From an uncultured Acidobacteriota bacterium (lineage in GTDB: Bacteria > Acidobacteriota > JAQAZP01), in assembly GCA_963836075.1 (NCBI GenBank), contig CAWIIB010000009.1, forward strand, positions 2,048,001 through 2,112,000: a DNA stretch of 64,000 bases, given 5' to 3'. The notes below the pieces were generated by a model, which was not told the DNA's origin, searched no databases, and worked only from the letters and a program-made list of their open reading frames with translations. A program made the translations under genes and the position numbers. Numbering within the stretch: position 1 is the first letter of the stretch; every line of letters starts with the position of its first letter. Shown here piece after piece: positions 51,187-60,249 of this stretch.

Positions 51187-51351
51187 CGATATTCTCCCAG
51201 GGAGGCGGCCGGGATGTGCCGCATTGCCGAACCCGACCGCCCCGCTGAATCAGTTGCGCTAGAATTTAGGTTCAAGGGCGGGAAGTGTCAATGGAAATAT
51301 GTCAGAAACAGTTAAAGGGGGGGCTGTGAGGCGTCCACGGGCGACCGGCAG

Positions 51352-53970
51352 CTACTCCACCATGGACGTGGTGAAGTAGTCGATGGCCACGGTGCGAGTG
51401 TCCTGCATGGTCTGGTAGTGCGACGGGAAGAGAATTTCCAGCTGGTGTTCCCCGGCGGGGATGCGGAAGGGGAAGGCCACGGTATACAGTTTCCACTCTT
51501 CGGAGTCGAAGCGGATCCGCTCCTGCTGTTTGCCGTTGAGTGAGAGCAGGACCGTGGGAAAGCCGCTCTGGTCCTTGTCGGCCCGGGCCATGATCTCGAA
51601 CTGGTAGAAGCCGGTGACCCTGAAGGAAACCATGGTCTGCACCCCGGAGCGGTCATCGCCGAGGATGGTGATCTTGTCTTCGGCGCCCCACTTCGTCTTC
51701 CCGGTGGTCACTCCGTTCAACAGCTCCATGGATTCGGCTTCCACACGCTTGCCGGTGATATGGTCCGATTCGATGACCTCGAACTCGCTCTTGTTGAATC
51801 TCATTTTCAGACGGTTGGGCAGCTCTATCTTCAGTTCGCGGTCGTTCTCGGCCACCACTTTCCCCGTGAACTCCCGGCCGTCGTCCATCCGCAGGGAGGC
51901 CCAGTAGGGGAACCTGGGGGCAGTGCTTTGCTGGCGCATCGATTCCCAGAACTCGATTCGTTCCTCGGCGCGGTCACGGATGAACGGGGTGTTGCCATGG
52001 GTGGCGAGGCAGCTCTTCCAGTCGCGGATCCGGGCCTCCGGGTCGTTGTTTCCCAGGCGGTCCCGGGCGATGAACTTGTCCAGGGCGTCCTGCTTGCTCA
52101 CCACTGCCTTCCAGTGGCTGATCCGGCCTTTCGCTTCCTCGGCGCTGCTCCCGGCGGGGAATCCTTCCAGGTAGGCCCGCCAGTTTTCCAGCGCCGCCCT
52201 GGGATTTTCCCCGCCCGTGCCTTCGGCGGTGATCGCCCGGTCGAGCATCTCCTCTTCCATGATGATCTTCCCGCCGGACCCTGCGGTCTCCGTGCCGGCC
52301 GTACTATCGCCACCATCGCTGGTTATGCTGCCCGCCTCGTTGGCCAGCCGGGCAGCTTCGGCCTGGAATTCCTCGCCGGCTTTATCCAGCAGGAACAGGG
52401 CCGACTGTTTGAGGGTGTAGCCGGCGATGATTCCACTGCCGGCAAAGAAGAGGAAAAGGATAAAGACGAAGATCACCGGTTTGGGCAGATTCGGAAAGCT
52501 GTCCACGGTCTGCTGCAGGTGTTTTATCGTGCCCACCACGGCCACCAGCCCGGCTATCAGGGCCAGGAAGTAGACGCCCGTGGCGAGGATGAACTTGTCG
52601 CTCAGGGCCAGCGCGACGCCGCCGCTGAACAACAGCAGCGTGGCCAGCAGCGGAACGGACAGCCCCCGGGGCAGGCTGGAGAGATCGAAACCGCGGCCCT
52701 TCTTTTTCCGTGTCGCCGCTGTTTTCCCGGGGCTCTGCGCCACGGCCTGGTCCGGAGCTGTCGCGACCTCCGGCAGGATGGCCGGTGCCGCCTCAGCGGG
52801 TGCCGGTGTGTCGTCCAGGTCCGGGAGCAGCGGTTCGGCCGGCGGCGGCTCGTTGCCCATTATGGTCATCTCGTCGGCGGCTGGGCTGGCCAAGGTGGCG
52901 GGAATCTCTCCACAGATCAGGCAGATGCCGTCGGTCCCCTTCGGTCCTCCGCAGCCGCTGCAGACATCCACCCTCTCTCTTTCCGGTTCCGCACTAAGCG
53001 GGGCCAGCGGTTCGAAGGGGGAAGCTTCCGTTTCCCGCGCCGGCCCTGCCGCTTCGGGTGCGGCCGGTTCGGTTTCCACGGCCGGCCCCGGATCCTCGAC
53101 GTCCAGCAGAGCATCCAGCGAAATCCCGGCCTGCGTATCGGGCTGAGTCTCACCGGGTTGGGCCGGCTGGTCGGTCGGCATCATATCCTGCGGTATCTCC
53201 GCCACCACCGGTTCAGGCTGGACCGGCGGTTGCAGGGCCGGCTCGGGCGGGGGACAGATCAGGCAGGTACCGTCATGTTCCATGGGCCCGGCACAGGCGG
53301 GACAGACTCCCAGATTTTCAGGGGAGAGGAGGGCCGAGAGATCGTTCTCGATGGATATGGAATCGTCCGGCGCCGGCGCGGGCGAGTTGTCCGAGGCCCC
53401 CACTTCGATGTCTTCGCCGCCCGAATCCGCCTGAGCCATCTCGGGCTGGAGCGGATTCTGCTGCAATAGATCGGGGTCGAGCAACGAATCCACCGCTGGC
53501 AGTTCGATCTCCACGGCTCCCATGTCATCGGCGGCGGGCGTTTCCAGTTCCCGCGGCTTGCAGATCACACAGACCCCGCCTTCCTGCAGCTCTCGCCCGC
53601 AGAAAGGGCAATTCTGGTCGACGATTTCCGGCGGGGGTGGTGTGACCGCTGGTTCCGCGGCAATCTCCGGCGGCGGAGGTGGCGGTGGTGGTTCGAGCAC
53701 CGGTTCCGCTGCGAGCTCCGGCGCGGGAGGCTGAACTTCGGCCACGGCTCCCAGGTTGCGCAGCATGGCGGCACAGGATTCGGCCTGCTGGAGGCTCATG
53801 TTGCGTTTGAACACCCGGGGCGTCTGGCGGACGCTGGCCACCATCCGCTCGTATGGCTTGCTGAATTTTTCTGACAGCCGCCGTGCCACGGCATCGATGG
53901 CCTCCTCGCTGCCGTCACCGGCCGCCACGAAGAGAACCAGGTGTTGTCCAACTTCCTGTGTGCTGCCCAT
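51352..53970 (-). CDS. Large membrane protein: L7/L12-CTD-like N-terminus, three C4 zinc fingers, TM region, exported C-terminal domains
   Basis: CPFC..CVIC, CPAC..CLIC, CSGC..CLIC; acidic Pro-rich linkers; about three TM helices; beta-sandwich-like C-terminus. Confidence 0.75.
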   Translation of the reverse strand: MGSTQEVGQHLVLFVAAGDGSEEAIDAVARRLSEKFSKPYERMVASVRQTPRVFKRNMSLQQAESCAAMLRNLGAVAEVQPPAPELAAEPVLEPPPPPPPPEIAAEPAVTPPPPEIVDQNCPFCGRELQEGGVCVICKPRELETPAADDMGAVEIELPAVDSLLDPDLLQQNPLQPEMAQADSGGEDIEVGASDNSPAPAPDDSISIENDLSALLSPENLGVCPACAGPMEHDGTCLICPPPEPALQPPVQPEPVVAEIPQDMMPTDQPAQPGETQPDTQAGISLDALLDVEDPGPAVETEPAAPEAAGPARETEASPFEPLAPLSAEPERERVDVCSGCGGPKGTDGICLICGEIPATLASPAADEMTIMGNEPPPAEPLLPDLDDTPAPAEAAPAILPEVATAPDQAVAQSPGKTAATRKKKGRGFDLSSLPRGLSVPLLATLLLFSGGVALALSDKFILATGVYFLALIAGLVAVVGTIKHLQQTVDSFPNLPKPVIFVFILFLFFAGSGIIAGYTLKQSALFLLDKAGEEFQAEAARLANEAGSITSDGGDSTAGTETAGSGGKIIMEEEMLDRAITAEGTGGENPRAALENWRAYLEGFPAGSSAEEAKGRISHWKAVVSKQDALDKFIARDRLGNNDPEARIRDWKSCLATHGNTPFIRDRAEERIEFWESMRQQSTAPRFPYWASLRMDDGREFTGKVVAENDRELKIELPNRLKMRFNKSEFEVIESDHITGKRVEAESMELLNGVTTGKTKWGAEDKITILGDDRSGVQTMVSFRVTGFYQFEIMARADKDQSGFPTVLLSLNGKQQERIRFDSEEWKLYTVAFPFRIPAGEHQLEILFPSHYQTMQDTRTVAIDYFTTSMVE

Positions 53971-54099
53971 CGCTTCCCTGTACCTGGCCGAACAGAGGCT
54001 GTCCGGCGCGGTCCTCGGGGACCTGTTATTGAAACGTCTCTTAGTGAATCGCGCGATCGGGCGTCGGGCTTGAGGGAAATATTTACTCTGGGTGGGTGA

Positions 54100-56127
54100 T
54101 CAGCGGCCTGACGTCCCCGGGGTGTCCGGGTCAGCGGTGGAAAAATCCTGGAGGGCGGATTCCAGATCGGCCCCGGCCTGCTCCCAGCGATGGTAGAGTT
54201 GGGCCAGTTCCTCGCTGATCCGGTTGAGCCGGCCGGTGAGCTCCTTCATCCGGATGCCGTCGGCAAAGACGGACGGATCGGCCATCCGGGACTCGATATC
54301 GCTCCGCTCCTCCTCGAGGGTCTCGATCTCCGTCTCGCAGGTCTGCAGCAACTGACGTTGTGCGGCGGTGGCCCGGTATTGCCGGTTCCGCAGCTGGGCT
54401 TCCGAACGGCGCTGGGCCTTGCGCTGAATCTCGCCCCCGCTGTTCCGGGGGGCCTCCGGCTGCTGCCGCTTCTCCGCGGAGGGGGCGGCGGGTCCGGCCG
54501 TCCCGCGGTCATCGCCGCGGCCGCTCTTTTCCAGGAAGTAGTCGTAGTTTCCAGGGTAGTGGGTCAGCCGGCCGTTTTCCACATGGATCACCCTGGTGGC
54601 CACGCTGTTGATGAACCAGCGGTCGTGGGAGATGAAGCAGAGGGTCCCCCGGTGGTCCCGCAGGGCGTGCTCCAGGACATCCCTGGAGGCCATGTCCAGG
54701 TGGTTGGTGGGCTCGTCCATCAGAATCAGGCTGGCCGGCTTAAGCAGCATGCGGGACAGGGCCAGCCGGCTTTTCTCCCCACCGCTGAGCACGGCCACTT
54801 TCACGTCCACGTCATTGCCGCTGAAGCGGAAGGCGCCGAGGATGTCGCGGACCATGGGGGCGGTGGTGATGTCGGCGCTGCTCAGCAGCTCCTCGAGGAC
54901 GGTGCGCTTGGGGTCCAGCGCTTCCAGCTGGTGCTGGGCGTAGTAGTAGATGTCCACATTGTGTCCCGGCTCGCGGAATCCCGCCTCGAAGGGCAGCACT
55001 CCGGCCAGAATCTTGAGCAGCGTTGATTTCCCCGCTCCGTTGTCCCCCACCAGGGCGATCTTTTCGCCCCGGCGGATCAGCAGGTCGAGGTCGCTGTAGA
55101 TGGTCTTTGACCCGTATCGTTTTGCCACCCCGTCCAGGCGCATGACATCCTGGCCGCTCCGCCCGGGCTGCGGAAAGGTGAAGCGGACTTTTTTCTCCTC
55201 CCCCTCCACCTCGATCCGCTCGATTTTGTCCAGCATCTTCATCCGGCTCTGGGCCTGGCGCGCCCGGTCCTTGCGCACCCGGTTGCGGGCGACAAAGTCC
55301 TCGATCTGCTTGATCCGCTGGTCCTGCCGTTTCTTCGAGGCCAGCAGGATCTCGCGGCGCTGGGCCCGCTCCTCGAGGTAGAAGTCGTAGTTGCCGGCAT
55401 AGACCGCCAGCTTGCTCCGGGCCAGTTCCACGGTCCGCGTGGTCAGCCGGTTGAGCAGCCAGCGGTCGTGGGAGATCAGGATGTAGGTCCCCGGGTAGTC
55501 CAGCAGGTGCTCTTCGAGCCAGATGGTGGAGGAGAGGTCGAGGTGGTTGGTGGGCTCGTCCAGCAGCAGCAGGTCGGGCCGCTCGAAGAGGATTCGGGCC
55601 AGGGCCAGCCGCATCCGCCAGCCGCCGCTCAGGGTGTTCAGGGGGCGCTGGTGGTCCGCGTCGGTGAAGCCAAGGCCGGAGAGGATCGACTTGGCTTCCG
55701 CTTCGTAGCTGAACCCGCCCTCGCTTTCAAAGCGCTCCTGGAGTTCCCCGTAGCGCTGCTGCCACCGTCGATGCTGCTCCGGGTCGTCTCCCGCGCCGTC
55801 CCCGGCCATCTGCTCTTCCAGCCGGCGCATTTCGGCTTCCATGGCCGGCAGGCCGGCCCGGACCTCGAGGATGTTCTGCAGGACCGTTCCGCCCTCCAGC
55901 GGCTCGATTTCCTGGGGCAGCAGGCCCACACGGACCGCGCGCCCCTCCCGGGCCAGTTCGCCGCTGTCCGGCGATTCCTGGCCGGCCAGCAGGCGGAAGA
56001 GGGTGGTCTTGCCCACACCGTTGGCGCCCACCAGGCCGATCCGCTCCCCGTGGCCCACAAAGAGGCTCACGTCGTTGAGGACGATGTTTTCGCCGTAATT
56101 CTTACTCAGCCCGCTGGCTCGAAGCAT
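54100..56127 (-). CDS. ABC-F family ATP-binding protein
   Basis: Two ABC domains (GANGVGKT/LSGGW/LDEPTNHLD and GDNGAGKS/LSGGE/MDEPTNHLD), no TM, C-terminal coiled coil. Confidence 0.95.
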   Translation of the reverse strand: MLRASGLSKNYGENIVLNDVSLFVGHGERIGLVGANGVGKTTLFRLLAGQESPDSGELAREGRAVRVGLLPQEIEPLEGGTVLQNILEVRAGLPAMEAEMRRLEEQMAGDGAGDDPEQHRRWQQRYGELQERFESEGGFSYEAEAKSILSGLGFTDADHQRPLNTLSGGWRMRLALARILFERPDLLLLDEPTNHLDLSSTIWLEEHLLDYPGTYILISHDRWLLNRLTTRTVELARSKLAVYAGNYDFYLEERAQRREILLASKKRQDQRIKQIEDFVARNRVRKDRARQAQSRMKMLDKIERIEVEGEEKKVRFTFPQPGRSGQDVMRLDGVAKRYGSKTIYSDLDLLIRRGEKIALVGDNGAGKSTLLKILAGVLPFEAGFREPGHNVDIYYYAQHQLEALDPKRTVLEELLSSADITTAPMVRDILGAFRFSGNDVDVKVAVLSGGEKSRLALSRMLLKPASLILMDEPTNHLDMASRDVLEHALRDHRGTLCFISHDRWFINSVATRVIHVENGRLTHYPGNYDYFLEKSGRGDDRGTAGPAAPSAEKRQQPEAPRNSGGEIQRKAQRRSEAQLRNRQYRATAAQRQLLQTCETEIETLEEERSDIESRMADPSVFADGIRMKELTGRLNRISEELAQLYHRWEQAGADLESALQDFSTADPDTPGTSGR

Positions 56128-56216
56128 GGGCGGTCCTCATCGGACGGGTATGGTTTCCCGGCCGCGGCCGCAGCCAGGAACGAGGGAGACGGGCGGTATT
56201 GAGCGGCCGGGACGGG

Positions 56217-56561
56217 TCAGACCTTCAGCTCGTAGAGAAAGCGCTTGCAGTTCTCGCAGTTGCGAAGGCTCTCGTGATCGGTGGAACCGCTGGTGGGCTG
56301 GCGAATGAAGCAGCCCAGACAGATGTTGTCCGTGATCGGTACCACGGGTCGTTGATACTTTTTTCTCAGCTTGTCGTAGAGCGCGAGAGTCTCGGGTTCG
56401 ATTTCCTGCGCCACCTGCTCCCGTTTTTCCTTGAGCTTGTCCAGGCCGTCCATCAGGAAGCCGAGCTTCTTTTCGAATTCGGCCGCACGCTGGTTTTCCG
56501 TGTCCTGAATCAGCTGGTCAAGGTTGTGGAGGTTCATCAACCTCTGCACTTCTTCCCTCAT
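56217..56561 (-). CDS. Short coiled-coil plus C4 zinc ribbon protein (DUF164/zf-RING_7-like)
   Basis: CLGCF...CENCKRFLY. Confidence 0.8.
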   Translation of the reverse strand: MREEVQRLMNLHNLDQLIQDTENQRAAEFEKKLGFLMDGLDKLKEKREQVAQEIEPETLALYDKLRKKYQRPVVPITDNICLGCFIRQPTSGSTDHESLRNCENCKRFLYELKV

Positions 56562-56562
56562 C

Positions 56563-57021
56563 TCACCCCTCCAGAATCTTGAGAAAGTCTTCGAAGGAAT
56601 CGGTATCGATCAGTTTCTTGCGCCGCTTGTCGTCTTTGACCATCTCGACGATCTTTCCCAGCAGGGGCAGGTAGCGGTTTCCCTTGTCCTGGTAGGGGGC
56701 GAGGATCATGAAGACCAGATGCACCGGCTTTTTGTCCACCGCGCCGAATTTGATGCCCTTGGGTATCCTGGCGAAGATCACCGTCAGGTCGTTGCAGCCG
56801 AGCGAGCGGCTGTGTGGAATGGCCACCTGCTTGCCGATACCGGTGCTGCCCAGCTTCTCACGCTCCAGCAGGGTATTGAGGATCACGTTGCCGTAATCGA
56901 GGCCCCGAGCTTTCACCAGGTGATCCACCATCTGGCTCAGGGTGTCTTCCTTGTCCTTGGGGGCGAGGTCGGGTATGTAAAGATCGTGGTGGAAGAAAGA
57001 GGCCAGGTCCGGGTTGTCCAT
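56563..57021 (-). CDS. PTS EIIA (Ntr/Fru-type) protein
   Basis: EREKLGSTGIGKQVAIPHSR with the phospho-His; DKKPVHLVF. Confidence 0.9.
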   Translation of the reverse strand: MDNPDLASFFHHDLYIPDLAPKDKEDTLSQMVDHLVKARGLDYGNVILNTLLEREKLGSTGIGKQVAIPHSRSLGCNDLTVIFARIPKGIKFGAVDKKPVHLVFMILAPYQDKGNRYLPLLGKIVEMVKDDKRRKKLIDTDSFEDFLKILEG

Positions 57022-57150
57022 TTCACCGAGGCTCCTATTCTGTGAACGTCCGGCCCATGGACTACCATGGGAACCGATCCGTCCATTGCCCGTCTAAATC
57101 TATTATAGAAGCGGGGCGGGGTCAATCATGAACATAACCCGGTATCCCGG

Positions 57151-57852
57151 TCAGCGGTCCCAGCGGCCCTCCAGGTCCCGCCGTTTTCGCACCAGATATA
57201 CCAGATTTCCCAGGCCGTCGCGCCAGGGCCGGAGTTTGCTCGGTCCCACACGTGCCTTGTGGGTGTAAGGTACCGGGAACTCCCCGGCCCTGAATCCCCT
57301 GCGGCAGAACGTCTCGATCTTGATCTCTTCGGAGAGCGCCATCCCGTCGCTTTTCAGCTGGATCTCCTCCAGCAGCCGGCGGCGAAAAATCCACATCCCC
57401 GACTGTGAGTCCCGCAGGCCGATGCCGTAGATCAGCCGGAAGGAGAGGGTCAGGGCCATGTTGCCCAGGAACCGTTTCAAGGTGCTCAGGCTCAGTTCAC
57501 GGTTTTCCAGGTAGCGCCGGCAGGAGATGAAGTCCAGGGATTCGTCGAAAAAGTGGTCCAGGGCCGGCTGGATCATCCGGCAGGGGTAGGTTCCGTCGCC
57601 GTCCAGGGTGACGATGATGCCGTCGGTCACATGTTCAAAACCGGTCTTCAACGCCCGGCCGTACCCCCGTCGCGGTTCGGAAACCACCGTGGCCCCCAGC
57701 CCGGAGGCCACTTCGGCCGTCCGGTCGGTGGAACCGTTGTCCACCACCACCACCTCGTCAACAAAGGGCGGCACGATCTCGATCACCGCGCCGATTCCCC
57801 TCTCCTCATCGAGACAGGGGATGACTAGAGAGATTCTTTCGTTTCGGAACAT
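57151..57852 (-). CDS. GT2 glycosyltransferase, DPM1-like
   Basis: VIPCLDEE, VVDNGSTD, LDGDGTY, DSQSG, RVGPSKL. Confidence 0.9.
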   Translation of the reverse strand: MFRNERISLVIPCLDEERGIGAVIEIVPPFVDEVVVVDNGSTDRTAEVASGLGATVVSEPRRGYGRALKTGFEHVTDGIIVTLDGDGTYPCRMIQPALDHFFDESLDFISCRRYLENRELSLSTLKRFLGNMALTLSFRLIYGIGLRDSQSGMWIFRRRLLEEIQLKSDGMALSEEIKIETFCRRGFRAGEFPVPYTHKARVGPSKLRPWRDGLGNLVYLVRKRRDLEGRWDR

Positions 57853-58976
57853 GACGTTGCCGCCGCTCCCTTTCCCGGCTCGGAGCCGGGCCCGCCGACC
57901 CTGATCCACTCCCGCAGCAGGCGGGGGAGCATCCGGGGATTGAAGATGATGCTGTTGGTCAGAAAACACTCGTAGGTGCAGAAACAGCCGCTATCGTGAA
58001 TGTGGCGCCGCACCGCCTCGGCCTGGCCGCCGCGCCAGATCCGCTGGAAATCGAGACCCTCCTCGCGCAGGCTGCCCAGCTTGCGGTCCAGCAGCTCGCA
58101 GGGGTAGACCTCGCCGCGGCTGGTGATCACACAGCTCAGACTGGCCGCGTAGCAGGGAACCTGCTGCTGGTTTTCCCTGATGATCTTCCCGATCACCTGC
58201 TGGCGGACGTTCTTCATCGCGTTGATCAGCCCGGCAAAGCCGAAGCGGCTGTACCCCTCGAGACGACCCAGCCGGACCTCTTCGCCGAGGAGCCTGACAA
58301 AGGCCTCGTACCGCTCGGGGTCCACTCCCGCCGCCGCAGGGTCGCGGGGCGTCCCGCGGACCAGCAGCGGGTTGATGCAGCGCACGCGGAGCTCCTCGCT
58401 GAGGAAACGGTAGAGCTCTTCCAGGCGGTGCTGGTTCAGAGCCGAGACGGTCACCGCCACGTTGAGGTTGAAGCCCGGCCGGCGGTCCCGCAGCTGCTCC
58501 AGGCCCCGGTAGGTCTCCACCGCTTTCCGGAACAGCCCCGGGGTGCCCCGCAGACGGTCGTGTTCGGCCCCCACGCCGTCGAAGGAGACGTCGATGCCCA
58601 GGTCCATCTCCGGGCAGAGGTCGAGAATTTGCTCCACCCCGTTCACCACCCGTTCGGGCATTGACCCGTTGGTGGGTATTCCGGTGTTTCGCACATGGTT
58701 GTTGCGGTGGAATATCTCTACGATTCGGGGCAGGTCCTGGCGCAGGAACGGTTCGCCGCCGGTGGGGAGGAGGAAGAGGATCTCACCCATTCCCCGGCTG
58801 ATCGCTTCGTACTCCTCCAGCGTCAGTTCGCCCTCCCGGCCCGGACGGTCCTCGGGGCCCAGCAGGCAGTGCAGGCAGTTGGCCGTGCAGCGCTCGGTGA
58901 TGAAGAGGACCACGTAGAGCGGATCCTTGCCCCGCTTGCCCAGCAGCCGGTCGGCAAAGTGGAGGTATCCCTTCAT
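57825..58976 (-). CDS. Radical SAM / SPASM-domain protein
   Basis: CTANCLHC, TGGEPF, C-terminal CYA..GEVYPCE..CFCTYEC. Confidence 0.9.
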   Translation of the reverse strand: MKGYLHFADRLLGKRGKDPLYVVLFITERCTANCLHCLLGPEDRPGREGELTLEEYEAISRGMGEILFLLPTGGEPFLRQDLPRIVEIFHRNNHVRNTGIPTNGSMPERVVNGVEQILDLCPEMDLGIDVSFDGVGAEHDRLRGTPGLFRKAVETYRGLEQLRDRRPGFNLNVAVTVSALNQHRLEELYRFLSEELRVRCINPLLVRGTPRDPAAAGVDPERYEAFVRLLGEEVRLGRLEGYSRFGFAGLINAMKNVRQQVIGKIIRENQQQVPCYAASLSCVITSRGEVYPCELLDRKLGSLREEGLDFQRIWRGGQAEAVRRHIHDSGCFCTYECFLTNSIIFNPRMLPRLLREWIRVGGPGSEPGKGAAATSCSETKESL

Positions 58977-58996
58977 CGGTCTCCCGTCCGCTTCGG

Positions 58997-60022
58997 TCAG
59001 TAGCGCTTTCCGGCCAGACCGAAGGAGAGGCCCCCCCAGCAGAGCCCGGCGCTAATCCAGAACAGGTCGAGAAGGATCAGCGGGATCCCGCGCAGGGCGA
59101 AAAGCAGGCCGCCGCGCTGCACCATGAACCCGATAAATCCCCCGTGAAGCAGCAGACTGAGCAGCAGGCCGGCGGCGCCGCCGGCGGCAACCGGCCAACT
59201 GCCGATCACCGCGGCCAGGGCCAGCAGTACCAGCGAGGCCGATCCCAGCGCCACGCCGGCGATCACCGCGGTGGGCACCGAAGTCCTGTTCAGCTTCCTT
59301 CGCTTGCCCCGGGCGGCACCCGCACGGCGGCGCCGCAGCAGCAGCCGGGCCAGCTCGGCCGACCGCCGGAAGTCGGTGGTCAGCAGGGAGGGCAGCGAGT
59401 ATTCCTTACGGTGGTCCACCAGGAACCCCCGCCGAATCTCGATCTTTGCCTCCGCGTCACCCAGCCGCTGCCCGAACTCGGTGTCCTCCACCGCCGGTGT
59501 CCGGTATTCCTCGTCAAAACCGTTCAGGTCGAGAAAGAACTGCCGCCGGATCGCCGCCGCGGTGGTGTAGAACAGGGTCAGCGGGCCGCGCAGCCGGCGG
59601 TAACTGTACGACATCCACAGGTTCTTGAATCGCGAACAGTAGCGCTCGTAGGTCGCATCCGGATCCTGGATGCCCACCACTCCCAGCAACTGCGGGTCGG
59701 ACAGGGCCAGTTGCAGGGAGATGAACGCCCCCTTGCCGAAGACCACATCCGAGTCGGTGAAGACCAGCACTTCACCCCGGCTGGCCCGGGCGCCGGCGTT
59801 GCGCGAGGCGGATACGCCCTCGGCGGCCGGCACGTAGATCACTCGGCAGCCCCGGTCCTCGGCGATCTCGGCCGAGCGGTCGGCCGAGCCATTGTCCACC
59901 ACCACGATATCCATCCGGCCATCATCGAGGCCGGCTTCTTTTGCGCTCTCCCGGATCGAGGTGAGACAGCGGTCCAGCGTGGCGGCCCCGTTCTTGACCG
60001 GGATTACCACTGTGAAGGTCAT
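58997..60022 (-). CDS. GT2 glycosyltransferase with C-terminal TM helices
   Basis: VVIPVKN, VVDNGSAD, FTDSD, GFDE..EDTE. Confidence 0.88.
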   Translation of the reverse strand: MTFTVVIPVKNGAATLDRCLTSIRESAKEAGLDDGRMDIVVVDNGSADRSAEIAEDRGCRVIYVPAAEGVSASRNAGARASRGEVLVFTDSDVVFGKGAFISLQLALSDPQLLGVVGIQDPDATYERYCSRFKNLWMSYSYRRLRGPLTLFYTTAAAIRRQFFLDLNGFDEEYRTPAVEDTEFGQRLGDAEAKIEIRRGFLVDHRKEYSLPSLLTTDFRRSAELARLLLRRRRAGAARGKRRKLNRTSVPTAVIAGVALGSASLVLLALAAVIGSWPVAAGGAAGLLLSLLLHGGFIGFMVQRGGLLFALRGIPLILLDLFWISAGLCWGGLSFGLAGKRY

Positions 60023-60249
60023 TCGCGGCAGTTCCCCGGTTCTCCACGGCATTGGTCGTCGCCGCCCTTCCGCCCTGGCTCGCAAGCCTTTTTATATCAT
60101 TGAGATGCCAAGATCGCACCGCAGCCTTTTCCCTGTGTGGACTATAGCCCGTAACAGTGGGCCAGTCAAACCGCCCTGGCCGGTACAGGCGGAGCGAAGG
60201 TGGACTGTCCTCTCCTTCTGCTACAATTGCGCAAGCAGTGGAGGAGTTG

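Noticed and set aside
51190-51300. 6S-like GGTTCAAGGG motif
   Set aside because: Short match with no supporting long-range pairing or usual gene context
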